Positions 26,273-36,287 of a stretch of DNA of 64,000 bases are shown piece after piece; positions within the stretch are counted from its first letter, which is position 1; the number at the start of each line of letters is the position of its first letter. Position numbers and translations under genes: made by a program. The notes beneath the pieces are model-generated. The model had not been told where the DNA came from. It did not search any database and saw only the letters and a program-made list of their open reading frames with translations. Source of the DNA: a bacterium (lineage in GTDB: Bacteria > Bdellovibrionota > UBA2428); contig JAACVK010000022.1 of NCBI GenBank assembly GCA_009991595.1, positions 14,965 to 78,964 of the forward strand. Reading direction: 5' to 3'.

Positions 26273-27639
26273 TTTTGAGTTTGCCTTTCTCTAACCAAAG
26301 ACATCAAAGCGGCCATTTGACCTGAAATCTTTGGTAGCGCCGGTTGAACTTCGTCATCAGGCTTCGCGATTGCCTCAAACTCAGGCCGAAATTTTTCAAG
26401 CATAGAAACAACAGGCATCGCACAAGCGTCTGATAAAACACAAATGGTCTTACCAGCCATGTTGTTGCAGGCAGATTTAATCTTGTCGATGTCTGAAAAA
26501 CTGCCTTGACCCATCGTCAATCGCTTCAACATCTTAGAAACCCATTTGGTTCCCTCTCGGCAAGGAACGCATTGTCCGCAGGACTCATGCGCATAAAAAC
26601 GTGCCGTTCTCATTGCCATCTCGGGAATGCTACGTGAATCATCTATAACAATGACCGCACCACTTCCCATCATTGTTTTTTTTGCGGCCAAAGAATCAAA
26701 GTCCATAGGAGTATCAAACTCATCTGCCCTCAATAAAGGTGAAGAACTTCCACCAGGGTAACAAGCCTTAAACTTTCGACCTTCTAGAGGGCCTCCACAA
26801 ATGTCGTTTAAAAGTGAGTTTAAAGGAAGTCCAAGTGGGATCTCATAAAAACCTGGGCGCTTCACATCACCGGACACACATAATAATTTAGTGCCCGCCC
26901 CTCGAGGAGTTCCATTCCCCAATTTTACAAACCACTCTGGGCCGTTATTCAAAATTCCAGGCACATGAGCCAAGGTCTCAACATTGTTTACAATCGTTGG
27001 TCCACCAAACAAGCCGCTAATCGCAGGAAATGGTGGCTTTAATCGAGGTTGTCCACGATCACCTTCAAGCGATTCGATCAAACCGGTTTCCTCACCACAA
27101 ATATAAGCACCTGCACCAGGGTGAACTGTAATGTCCAAGCTTCTCGAGCTTCCAAAAATATTCTCGCCCAAGTATCCAGCCTTGTAAGCCTCTTCTATGG
27201 CTTGCTCTAATCTTTCACGAGCTAATCGCAATTCATAACGAACATAAATATACGCTGTTTTAGAGCCAATCGCAGAAGCCGCACAAATCATGCCTTCAAT
27301 AAGGCGATGAGGAAGGTGCTCCATAATTTGTCGATCTTTAAAAGTGCCTGGCTCGCCTTCGTCGGCGTTGCAAACTAAATAAACAGGCTTGGTTGGGTTC
27401 TTTGGAATAAAGCTCCACTTTACTCCGGCAGGAAATCCAGCGCCACCCAAACCACGCAATCCAGCGTCTTTCACGGTTGTGATCAGGGAGTCTGGCTCAG
27501 CTTTAACAGCACCTCGCGCAGCTTTGTAGCCACCCAATTTTTTTTCAAAAACATCAAGCGTCCAAGACTTAGGCTCTCCGTATCCAGCAATAACAACTCG
27601 GTTCTCTAGGGGATGCGCTTCGTAAATTCGCTGACTCAC
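26269..27639 (-). CDS. nuoF: NADH-quinone oxidoreductase subunit F (FMN/NADH-binding)
   Basis: GLGGAGF, NADEGEPG, GAGAYICGEET, ESCGQCVPCREG...TIC (cluster N3). Confidence 0.96.
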   Translation of the reverse strand: MSQRIYEAHPLENRVVIAGYGEPKSWTLDVFEKKLGGYKAARGAVKAEPDSLITTVKDAGLRGLGGAGFPAGVKWSFIPKNPTKPVYLVCNADEGEPGTFKDRQIMEHLPHRLIEGMICAASAIGSKTAYIYVRYELRLARERLEQAIEEAYKAGYLGENIFGSSRSLDITVHPGAGAYICGEETGLIESLEGDRGQPRLKPPFPAISGLFGGPTIVNNVETLAHVPGILNNGPEWFVKLGNGTPRGAGTKLLCVSGDVKRPGFYEIPLGLPLNSLLNDICGGPLEGRKFKACYPGGSSSPLLRADEFDTPMDFDSLAAKKTMMGSGAVIVIDDSRSIPEMAMRTARFYAHESCGQCVPCREGTKWVSKMLKRLTMGQGSFSDIDKIKSACNNMAGKTICVLSDACAMPVVSMLEKFRPEFEAIAKPDDEVQPALPKISGQMAALMSLVRERQTQK

Positions 27640-28169
27640 GCAACACTCCCCTCTTGAATCCTGTCTTCATAAGAAGCACATGCCCATTTACCAGCGCGCA
27701 AAGCTTCTACAATCTTCTGCAGCTTTTCTAGATTGAGCTCTTCAAAATAATCCCAGTTGTTGGCTTGAATCACGGGGGCAGTCCCGCAACTCGCCAAACA
27801 CTCAACTCGCTCTACACGAAACACTCCGTCTTTAGAGTTTCCAGAATCATCGAGCTCCATGTTTTTTTCCATCCACTCTAAAAGTTGGTCACTCCCCTTC
27901 AAGTAGCAAGTCAAATTATGGCAAACCTGAAGAACATATTTTCCACCCGCTTCAAAACGAAACAGACTATAAAAGGAGGCCACTTCTTTAACGCGAGCAG
28001 GGCTTATATTCATTTTCTCAGCGACATGCTCCATCGCATCCAAGGACAGATACCCCACTTCATTTTGAACGAAGTGAAGCAATGGAATTAAAACCGCATC
28101 TTGAACAGGATATCGAGACTTTAACCATTCAAACTTCTTTTCGAGAGCAGGGGAAAACTTGTAACTCAT
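27636..28169 (-). CDS. nuoE: NADH-quinone oxidoreductase subunit E
   Basis: VASFY, CHNLTC and CLASC [2Fe-2S] ligands. Confidence 0.95.
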   Translation of the reverse strand: MSYKFSPALEKKFEWLKSRYPVQDAVLIPLLHFVQNEVGYLSLDAMEHVAEKMNISPARVKEVASFYSLFRFEAGGKYVLQVCHNLTCYLKGSDQLLEWMEKNMELDDSGNSKDGVFRVERVECLASCGTAPVIQANNWDYFEELNLEKLQKIVEALRAGKWACASYEDRIQEGSVA

Positions 28170-28711
28170 TTTAAATCTCCCTCGGCTTGAACAACTGTAG
28201 AGCCAAAAGGGTCAAAGACAGGTTCGTCCTGACTGCTAACTTCAAACTCCTGCCGATAGTCGACAACAAAATCCTTTCTTAAAGGATGCCCCTTAAAAGA
28301 CGGGGGCAAAAGCATTCTTCTTAAATCAGGATGACCTGTAAAAATAATCCCATACATATCGTAAGCTTCTCGCTCCAGCCAGGAAGCACCCTTCCATAAC
28401 TGGTAAACCGAAGGAAGCTCGGGCTTGGTATCATTTTCAACTCGAGCCACCACGCGCATGCGTTTAGCAGTATCCATAGAGATCAACTCGTAAAAAACAT
28501 TAAAGCGTGGAGAACTTGGATGATCATCGTAAGCGCTTAAGTCTGCCAAATGAACAAACGCACTCTGTTCTAAGCCTCGAAGGTATGCAAGGAACTGTAT
28601 AATTCCCCTTGAGTCGACATACACTTCCCATTCTCCAGAAGAGCTCTCTCTTGCCTCTAAAATTTTAAATTTGCCTTCTGCATCAACAAGCCAAGCAGGT
28701 TTCGAGCTCAT
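28166..28711 (-). CDS. nuoC: NADH-quinone oxidoreductase subunit C
   Basis: WLEREAYDMYGI..GHPDLRR..GHPLRKDF; ATG 28711 overlaps the nuoA stop (ATGA). Confidence 0.94.
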   Translation of the reverse strand: MSSKPAWLVDAEGKFKILEARESSSGEWEVYVDSRGIIQFLAYLRGLEQSAFVHLADLSAYDDHPSSPRFNVFYELISMDTAKRMRVVARVENDTKPELPSVYQLWKGASWLEREAYDMYGIIFTGHPDLRRMLLPPSFKGHPLRKDFVVDYRQEFEVSSQDEPVFDPFGSTVVQAEGDLK

Positions 28712-29085
28712 GATTTCTCCCATTCAAGCGCGCCAGAACGATATTCAAACCATAAGCTCAAAACAAAGTAGAATAAAAAGAATCCCGTGAGGCCCATTGT
28801 AATCCAACCAAGCGCAATCATTTCATCCCAGGCAATAGCAAGGGGTAAAAGAAAGGCTACTTCTAAATCAAACAAAAGAAACAAAATCGCGATCAAGTAA
28901 TATTTAACGCTGACTTTATCACGAGCGTTTCCAGACACCGTCACACCACACTCGTAGGGCTGAATTTTTACACCCTCAAGATTGCGAGGGCCAAGAAATC
29001 TTCCAACAAACAGTGCGCCGCCAGCTACCAAAGAAGCAAAGCCCAGCATGGCTAACAATGGCAATAAAGTTTCGGCGCCGGTCAT
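28708..29085 (-). CDS. nuoA: NADH-quinone oxidoreductase subunit A (arm 2)
   Basis: PYECG, FLLFDLEVAFL; strong SD AAGGAG. Confidence 0.95.
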   Translation of the reverse strand: MTGAETLLPLLAMLGFASLVAGGALFVGRFLGPRNLEGVKIQPYECGVTVSGNARDKVSVKYYLIAILFLLFDLEVAFLLPLAIAWDEMIALGWITMGLTGFFLFYFVLSLWFEYRSGALEWEKS

Positions 29086-29100
29086 CCATACTCCTTAAAT

Positions 29101-30618
29101 CTACATTCCAACAAAAAAGTTCAATGCGTTCTTAGCCACCTTCATAACCGGCTCCCAGTAAATTCCAAGAACCAAGTTTGGCAAGGCAAGCAATACAATG
29201 AAGGCCAAAGATACTCTAGAGTCAAAACTCGTCTTACCCTCAGGCATAGCGACCTCGGCTTCATCTAAATACATGGCTCGAATTATCTTCACATAATAGA
29301 AAAGCGAGATCACGGAATTAAGCGCTGCAATCAAAGCAAAGCCATACATTTCACGCGCCAAAACCGCCGAGAACAAATACACTTTTCCTATAAAGCCCGC
29401 AAAGGGAGGAAGCCCCACCAAGGAAAACAAAAAGATGGCCATACAAGCTGCGTGAATGGGCTTTCTTGAGCCCAGCCCACGAAACTCGCTTATGCCGTCT
29501 CCGCCAAAGCAATCTTCGACCTTAGAGGTAACCCAAAAAGCTCCAAAATTCATGAAACAATAGACAACCAGATAGAAAATGATCGCCGTAAGCCCTTCAA
29601 AACTTTGAGTCGTCGCCCCCATCAAGATGTAACCCGCGTGAGCGATGCTTGAGTAAGCTAAAATTCTTTTGACTGAAAACTGACCTAAAGCAGCCAGGTT
29701 CCCCATGAACATAGTGAAGACAGACGAAATCATTAAAAGTTTAGTCCAGGCAACTGGGCCAACGGTATAAAACGATATAGCGGAAGCACTGCCCATTTGA
29801 GCAACTGCTGCAGCTCCCTCTTGGACCGGCAAACTAAAGCCAGTAATGAAAAACCTCATTAGCAACGCAAATCCAGCGGCCTTAGGAGCCACTGAAAATA
29901 GTGCGGTTACTGGGGTTGGAGCACCTTCATAAACATCCGGAGTCCACATGTGCATGGGCGCGGCTGAAACTTTATATCCAATTCCAGCAAACATTAGGAT
30001 GACTCCTGCCCAAAGAACGTTTGGCAAATCAGAAGTGGCTGTGGAAGAGAAAAACTCTCTTAAAGAGATCAAGTCCATGTGGCCGGTGGCCCCATAAACT
30101 AAGCTCATTCCAAAAACCATAAGAGCTGAAGCCATAGCACCATAAACCACGTATTTCATAGAGGCTTCCACGGAAGCCGTTCTTTCTCTTCGAAATCCCG
30201 CCAACGTAAAGCTCAAAATAGAAACCGTTTCAATCGACAAATACAGCATCAAGAAGTGATTTGATACACCCATGAACATAAGCCCTGTGCAAAGAGCCAA
30301 CAAAATGGAAAAATACTCGGGACGTCGATCAGCATATATCTCTTTTGATTCCATGCTCAAAAGAACACCAAACAAAACAACTATCACCGAAAAAATGGCA
30401 AAGAACAGTCCTAGCGAATCAAATACGATCAATCCGTTAAATGCGTCTTGAGCGGGATGCCCAACCATCGTGGCAAGTAAAACACCAGCTCCGAGCAATG
30501 TCACTATTGAAGAAACAACCGCAAACATCTTGTTTCGAATCCAAAGCCCGCCAACAAGAACAATGATCGCCCCCAAACAAAGCAACATATGGGGGCTAAC
30601 AAGAAACAGTGATCTCAT
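29101..30618 (-). CDS. nuoN: NADH-quinone oxidoreductase subunit N (arm 1)
   Basis: SIETVS, EASMKY, YKVSAAPMHMWTPDVYEGAP, APK, KRILAYSS, FIGK. Confidence 0.96.
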   Translation of the reverse strand: MRSLFLVSPHMLLCLGAIIVLVGGLWIRNKMFAVVSSIVTLLGAGVLLATMVGHPAQDAFNGLIVFDSLGLFFAIFSVIVVLFGVLLSMESKEIYADRRPEYFSILLALCTGLMFMGVSNHFLMLYLSIETVSILSFTLAGFRRERTASVEASMKYVVYGAMASALMVFGMSLVYGATGHMDLISLREFFSSTATSDLPNVLWAGVILMFAGIGYKVSAAPMHMWTPDVYEGAPTPVTALFSVAPKAAGFALLMRFFITGFSLPVQEGAAAVAQMGSASAISFYTVGPVAWTKLLMISSVFTMFMGNLAALGQFSVKRILAYSSIAHAGYILMGATTQSFEGLTAIIFYLVVYCFMNFGAFWVTSKVEDCFGGDGISEFRGLGSRKPIHAACMAIFLFSLVGLPPFAGFIGKVYLFSAVLAREMYGFALIAALNSVISLFYYVKIIRAMYLDEAEVAMPEGKTSFDSRVSLAFIVLLALPNLVLGIYWEPVMKVAKNALNFFVGM

Positions 30619-30619
30619 A

Positions 30620-32176
30620 TCAATTGAGCGTCTCCACTAAGAAGTTTAAAGAAGTCTTCATTAAAGTAATAAAAGGACTTGGATAAACACCAATCCAAAC
30701 ACACAACAAAGCCAATGGAGCCAACACGGCCCATTCATTAGCCCTCATTGGTGCCAAGCCTTCCGCTGGAACCAATTGCCCTGTGGTCATGTCTTTTTCT
30801 TTTGTTGTCCATGGTCCCAAGAAAACTCGTTGAACCATCCACAACAAATATGCGGCGGTTAAAACAATTCCCAATGCCGCAATAATTGTCTCAGTTCTAT
30901 AGACCGGGAATGCCCCTAGAAAAACCAATGCCTCAGAGACAAATCCATTTAAAGTAGGAAGCCCAAGACTGGCAAAGACAGCCAAGGTCCAAACGGCCGT
31001 GATAACGGGCGCTCTTTGAGCAATTCCGCCAAAACCTAGTTCACCATTGTGCTCAATGTAACGATGATGAAGACGATCGTATAAAACCCCCACTAACATA
31101 AACATCATTGCAGAAGACAGCCCGTGATTGAACATTTGTAGAACCGCGCCCTGCATCCCTTCAGGCGTAAAAACGGCCATTCCTAAGATGCAATAACCCA
31201 TGTGGCTCACCGAAGAGTAGGCAACCAGTTTTTTCAAATCGGTTTGGGCCATCGCACAGAAGGCCCCGTAGATAATATTTATAATACCTAAAACAACTAA
31301 GATGTATGAAAAAGCTTGAGTGGCTTGTGGAAAGAGTTGGTAGTTAACTCTCAAAAACCCATACACCCCCATCTTTAATAAAACACCGGCTAGAATAACA
31401 GAAACCGCGGTGGGAGCTTGAACGTGAGCCCAAGGAAGCCAAGTGTGAAAGGGAAAGATTGGCACCTTCACGGCGAATCCAAAAAAGAGTAGCCACCAAA
31501 CCGTTTTATCAAATGGTAGATCAGTTCCAAAGATATGAACCGTATAACCAGACCAGTCCTGGCTAGCTAAACTAATAAGATTAAAAGTCGCTAAGTGATT
31601 GCCAGAAGGATCTCGGCTGTAAAAATACAGAGCGAGCATTCCGACAAGCATCAAGACCGAGCCAAAAAGCGTGTAGAGAAAAAATTTAATAGCAGCGTAT
31701 TCTTTTTTCTCTCCACCCCAAATTCCGACAAGAAAATACATAGGAAGAAGCATTAGCTCCCAGAAAACATAGAACAAGAAGAAATCTAAGGCGCAAAAAA
31801 CACCCAACATTCCCACATGCAAAAGAAGAAACATCATAAAATAGCCTTTTACAAATTTCTTCACATTCCAGCTGGCAAACATACACAAAAAGCTGAGCAT
31901 TGTGCCCAAAAGAATCATCAAGATGCTTATCCCGTCGACTCCAAGATGATATTCAACGTTTATGCTTGGTATCCAAATAGCTTGCTCAATAAATTGGGCT
32001 TCACTGAGTCCAGAATCAAACTGACCAAGTAAGTTTAAAGCCAAAACGAAGGGAACCAGGGTAACCGCTACCGATATCCACTTAATTAAGTTCTCCTGCT
32101 TTGAGGGCACAAAAAGTAGCCCAAAAAAACCAAGCAACGGGAAAAAAATAATCCAACTAAGAATATGTTCAGTCAT
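30620..32176 (-). CDS. nuoM: NADH-quinone oxidoreductase subunit M (arm 1)
   Basis: FWELML, VKVPIFPFHTWLP, LLKMG, DLKKLVAYSS, FVSE. Confidence 0.97.
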   Translation of the reverse strand: MTEHILSWIIFFPLLGFFGLLFVPSKQENLIKWISVAVTLVPFVLALNLLGQFDSGLSEAQFIEQAIWIPSINVEYHLGVDGISILMILLGTMLSFLCMFASWNVKKFVKGYFMMFLLLHVGMLGVFCALDFFLFYVFWELMLLPMYFLVGIWGGEKKEYAAIKFFLYTLFGSVLMLVGMLALYFYSRDPSGNHLATFNLISLASQDWSGYTVHIFGTDLPFDKTVWWLLFFGFAVKVPIFPFHTWLPWAHVQAPTAVSVILAGVLLKMGVYGFLRVNYQLFPQATQAFSYILVVLGIINIIYGAFCAMAQTDLKKLVAYSSVSHMGYCILGMAVFTPEGMQGAVLQMFNHGLSSAMMFMLVGVLYDRLHHRYIEHNGELGFGGIAQRAPVITAVWTLAVFASLGLPTLNGFVSEALVFLGAFPVYRTETIIAALGIVLTAAYLLWMVQRVFLGPWTTKEKDMTTGQLVPAEGLAPMRANEWAVLAPLALLCVWIGVYPSPFITLMKTSLNFLVETLN

Positions 32177-32179
32177 TTC

Positions 32180-34279
32180 TCAAAGTACCCCTATCAATAG
32201 ATAAATTGTGAGAAGAGCCACCGCGGCCACCATCAAATACCTTTGAATCTTTCCATTTTGTAATGTTCTTAAGGAGGCGCCCAAATACTGAGGAACGCTT
32301 CCACCTACACCATCTACCAACACTTCATCTATTACAGTGTCATCAAATTTGCCGATGAACGTTTTCACTACGGCATTCACGTCTTTCCAGCCATCAACCA
32401 AAATTCGATCAATGATCAGATCGTCAAAACGAGCCATCAACCTTGAGAAAGGAAGAAACACTCTTTTTATAAAGACATCTTTATAGAGCCAATCGAAATA
32501 ATAAAGATTATCGATAGCCTTATGAACAAAATTTGGCCAAAGCTTTGCAAGCTTTTCAGCCGGAATAGTTTTGGACTTATACACAAGCCAGCTGAAAACA
32601 ATCCCCAGAGTTGCTAGAACCACAGAAGCGATCATGCCAGGAAGATGCGCCTGGTGAAGCAAATGCTCGAAGTGCTCATCAACCTTAACCACTGGAGCTT
32701 TGATCAACTTAACAAACCATTCGTTTCCACCACCAAGAACAAAGTCTCCGTGCCCCAAAAGGCCGCCCGTGACAGATCCCGAGAATAAAACAGACAAAGA
32801 AAGTCCAGCCAAAACAACCAACGGTAGCCACATATTCCACGGAACTTCATGGGCATGTTCAACATGTTTTTTATCTCCAGCCTCGCCGAAGAAGGTCATA
32901 AACATCAAGCGGAACATATAAAAGGCAGTCAAGCCGGCCGTTAAAAAGCCAGCAATCGGAAGAAACATATGCTCTGGATGTTCGAAACCACCGTAAGCAA
33001 GCGCACTCACCAAAATAGCGTCCTTAGAAACAAAGCCACTAAAGAGCGGAACTCCAGAGATGGCCAGCGTTGCTACAAGCATCGCCTTGTAGGTAATAGG
33101 CAATCTTTTTCTCAAATCGCCCATTTTGCGCATATCTTGTTCGTGATGCATGGCATAGATCACAGCTCCAGAAGCCATAAACAAACAAGCCTTAAAAATT
33201 GCATGCGTAATCAAGTGCATGAAAGAAGCGGTATACGCGCCCACTCCGACGGCCAAAACCATGTACCCCAACTGAGAAAGAGTGGAGTAAGCCAACACTT
33301 TTTTAATATCAAACTGCTTTATGGCCAATATAGCGGCAAACAAAGAAGTGAAAGCGCCCACATAAGCAATTAAAGGAAGAACTCCACCAAGCTCAAGCAA
33401 GGGGAAGGTTCTAATGATCAAATAAACACCGGCAGCCACCATCGTTGCAGCATGAATCAACGCAGAAACGGGAGTTGGTCCTTCCATCGCATCAGGAAGC
33501 CAAACTTGAAGTGGGAACTGAGCAGACTTTCCAACCGTTCCACAAAAAATAAGGAAACCAATAAAGGTTGCTGTCGCAAAACCTAAGGTTTCTCCACCGA
33601 AGGCTCCTTGTTCGATTGCCGCATAAATATCATCAAAGCGGAATGATCCAATTTGAGTGAACAGCGCAAGCATACCAATGAATAAGAGAGTGTCTCCAAT
33701 TCGAGTGGTCATAAAGGCTTTAATAGAAGCATTTGCAGCTGAGGGCTTGTGTCGATAAAAGCCGATCAACAAGTAGGAACAAAGTCCCATGACTTCCCAA
33801 AACATAAAGAGCGTAAACAAGTTGTCAGAAATAACCAGAGCCAACATGGCTGAGGTGAACAAAGACAAAAAGGCAAAAAAAGAAGCGTATCTATATCCGT
33901 CCGACTCTTTTCCATCATAATCGCGCATGTAACCGGTTGAGAACAAATGAATCAAAGTGGCGCAGAGGGTTACCATGAAAAGCATCACGGCGGCCAAATT
34001 ATCCAAACGAACACCTAGCTCTAATTTAAAAGGGTGAGCTGCTGTTCCAGAGTCCAGCCATGTCCAATGAGCCGTAACAACCCAATTTGGATCAAAATTG
34101 CTCCACATATTAGCAAAAATAATTGAGGCACATATAAAAGAGACAAAAATCGCAGAAACACTAACCCAGTCACCCATTCTAGGGAGTCTTTTTCCAACAA
34201 ACGCCTGGATCAAATAAGCCACCAAGGGAAACGCCGGAATCAAAAGGGCAAGTGTTATCAAAGAGTCGTTAGCCATCAT
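32180..34279 (-). CDS. nuoL: NADH-quinone oxidoreductase subunit L (arm 1, extended lateral helix)
   Basis: FWEVMGLCSYLLIG, KSAQFP, WLPDAMEGPTPVSALIHAATMV, HAIFKA, SKD; duplicated FDDxxIDxxLVDG segment. Confidence 0.97.
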   Translation of the reverse strand: MMANDSLITLALLIPAFPLVAYLIQAFVGKRLPRMGDWVSVSAIFVSFICASIIFANMWSNFDPNWVVTAHWTWLDSGTAAHPFKLELGVRLDNLAAVMLFMVTLCATLIHLFSTGYMRDYDGKESDGYRYASFFAFLSLFTSAMLALVISDNLFTLFMFWEVMGLCSYLLIGFYRHKPSAANASIKAFMTTRIGDTLLFIGMLALFTQIGSFRFDDIYAAIEQGAFGGETLGFATATFIGFLIFCGTVGKSAQFPLQVWLPDAMEGPTPVSALIHAATMVAAGVYLIIRTFPLLELGGVLPLIAYVGAFTSLFAAILAIKQFDIKKVLAYSTLSQLGYMVLAVGVGAYTASFMHLITHAIFKACLFMASGAVIYAMHHEQDMRKMGDLRKRLPITYKAMLVATLAISGVPLFSGFVSKDAILVSALAYGGFEHPEHMFLPIAGFLTAGLTAFYMFRLMFMTFFGEAGDKKHVEHAHEVPWNMWLPLVVLAGLSLSVLFSGSVTGGLLGHGDFVLGGGNEWFVKLIKAPVVKVDEHFEHLLHQAHLPGMIASVVLATLGIVFSWLVYKSKTIPAEKLAKLWPNFVHKAIDNLYYFDWLYKDVFIKRVFLPFSRLMARFDDLIIDRILVDGWKDVNAVVKTFIGKFDDTVIDEVLVDGVGGSVPQYLGASLRTLQNGKIQRYLMVAAVALLTIYLLIGVL

Positions 34280-34614
34280 CCTCGCAGCTCCATAACTTGA
34301 TCTGGATCAATGTTTTTCTTAGCGCCAAACACACGCAACACGATTGCCAAGGCAACCGCGGCCTCAATTGCAGCCAAGACTATTATAAAGAGACTAAAGA
34401 TCTGTCCATCTAACCATGGTGAGCTTTGAGCAGAGTCAGCCTTGAGGGCATAAAAAGCAACGAAGTTAATAGCAGCGGCGTTAAGAACCAGCTCAACACC
34501 CATAAAAACTCCGACTGCGTTTCTTCGGGTTAAAATAGTAAATAACCCAAAAACAAAGAACACAGTCGACATTGCCAAATAAATTGTCAAATTATGAGCA
34601 ATTCCCGCAAACAT
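34276..34614 (-). CDS. nuoK: NADH-quinone oxidoreductase subunit K (arm 1)
   Basis: RRN, ELVLNAA, LAAIEAAVALA. Confidence 0.95.
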   Translation of the reverse strand: MFAGIAHNLTIYLAMSTVFFVFGLFTILTRRNAVGVFMGVELVLNAAAINFVAFYALKADSAQSSPWLDGQIFSLFIIVLAAIEAAVALAIVLRVFGAKKNIDPDQVMELRG

Positions 34615-34616
34615 AA

Positions 34617-35141
34617 CTATGAATTACCCCCATCTTGATCCTTTTTGAGAATATTTGGCCTGGCTACAACAATGGCGCCAATAAGACCGAACAAAAGAAC
34701 AATCGCAACATATTCAAAAATCAAAGCATAGGGCCCAGTTAAAGCCTGACCAATACGAATTGTTGTGTTTTCGTAATTTGGTATACGCAATTCACCCCAA
34801 TTTGTGGAAACAAGTAACTTAAACATTCCCAACATGAGAGCGATCGATAAAATGGTTGGTAAAAACATCTTCTTTACCCCATCCAAGAAACGTCTTTTAT
34901 AGATACTCTCCGACATCATCACCGCAAATAAGATCACAACAATAACGCCGCCAACATAAATGATCAGCTGAGCAGCCGCCAAGAAGTCAGCACCTAGCGA
35001 AGCATATACACCAGCCACCGCAAGCAACGACCCAATCAAGGCAACAGCCGCATAAAGAATGTTTGGATGAAGCGCCACGACAGCCGAACAAACAACGCCA
35101 CCTAAAAAGCAAAATACAACAAAAAAATCTAGAAAACTCAT
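34617..35141 (-). CDS. nuoJ: NADH-quinone oxidoreductase subunit J (arm 1)
   Basis: ADFLAAAQLIIYVGGVIVVILFAVM. Confidence 0.94.
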   Translation of the reverse strand: MSFLDFFVVFCFLGGVVCSAVVALHPNILYAAVALIGSLLAVAGVYASLGADFLAAAQLIIYVGGVIVVILFAVMMSESIYKRRFLDGVKKMFLPTILSIALMLGMFKLLVSTNWGELRIPNYENTTIRIGQALTGPYALIFEYVAIVLLFGLIGAIVVARPNILKKDQDGGNS

Positions 35142-36283
35142 CCAGCACCCATCATTCCGCTGATCAGCTCAATCATACTTTGTCCTTTAAATATCCAAAC
35201 CCACAGAGAAGCTCCGACCAAATTAAAGAAGGCTATTGGAATTAGGTATTTCCAACAAAGATCCATTAGCTGATCCACTCGCAATCGCGGAAGCGTCCAA
35301 CGCAACCACATCACCACAAAAACAATGACCGAAGCTTTGCCTAGAAAGATCAAGATCATAAACAACGTTTGAATAAGAGGATCAAGACTTTTACCAGCAA
35401 GAGACCAGCCCAAATGAATGTTTTCTATGTTTACGAAAGGGAGATGCCAACCGCCCAAGAAAATAGCCGCGGCAACACACGCGAACATAATTACATCTGC
35501 AAATTCAGCCAAAGCATATAAACCAAAACGCATTCCACTAAACTCAGTATTAAACCCAGAAACAAGTTCTGACTCGGCTTCAGGCAAATCAAAAGGCGTT
35601 CTATTACATTCCGCCAAGGCGGCTACAAAATAGACAAAGAAGTTTAGAAACAAAAACGGGTTATGGAAAATGTACCAAAAACTACCCGAACCCAGCCAAG
35701 CTTGGCCGTCGACAATTTTGATCATGCTCATCTGCCCAGAAACAACAACCACACTTAATAGAGCGATCCCAAGCGGAATTTCATAAGAGACAATCTGTGC
35801 AGCTCCACGCATTCCACCCAACAAAGACCATTTATTTTCTGACGACCATGCACCCAACAAAATCCCCAGAGAAACCAAGGAGGCGAGCGCCATGACATAA
35901 AAAATTCCAATATCTAAGTCGGCACCGATAACGTATTTCGAAAAAGGAATAGCAGCAAAAGCGCCCAAGGCTCCGGCAGTCACTAAGCCCGGAGCAAGGT
36001 TGTAGATAAACATGTCTGCATTTTTAGTTGCAGTATCTTCCTTAAGAAACATTTTGATTCCATCAGCAAAGAATTGAAGTATCCCGAAAGGGCCTACCCG
36101 GTTGGGGCCAATTCTCTCTTGAAAGTCGGCCGCAACCTTTCTTTCAATATAAGTACAAATCCCACCAATAGGCATTGCGAACCCAAGAATCACAATCACC
36201 GCAGCGGCAATTGAAAAAACGAAAAAGGGCACGTTTGGAGGTATAAAATCGTTCAGACCACTTAAAAACTCGGCAAGGCTCAC
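35138..36283 (-). CDS. nuoH: NADH-quinone oxidoreductase subunit H (arm 1)
   Basis: ERKVAA..GPNRVGPFG, QIVSYE, NRTPFDLPEAESELVSG, TLPRLRVDQL. Confidence 0.97.
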   Translation of the reverse strand: MSLAEFLSGLNDFIPPNVPFFVFSIAAAVIVILGFAMPIGGICTYIERKVAADFQERIGPNRVGPFGILQFFADGIKMFLKEDTATKNADMFIYNLAPGLVTAGALGAFAAIPFSKYVIGADLDIGIFYVMALASLVSLGILLGAWSSENKWSLLGGMRGAAQIVSYEIPLGIALLSVVVVSGQMSMIKIVDGQAWLGSGSFWYIFHNPFLFLNFFVYFVAALAECNRTPFDLPEAESELVSGFNTEFSGMRFGLYALAEFADVIMFACVAAAIFLGGWHLPFVNIENIHLGWSLAGKSLDPLIQTLFMILIFLGKASVIVFVVMWLRWTLPRLRVDQLMDLCWKYLIPIAFFNLVGASLWVWIFKGQSMIELISGMMGAG

Positions 36284-36287
36284 TTCT

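Noticed and set aside
26269-27639. NuoF GLGGAG variant as a formate dehydrogenase/hydrogenase diaphorase subunit
   Set aside because: Length, single N3 cluster, retained GEET motif and the nuoC-E-F-H context fit NuoF.
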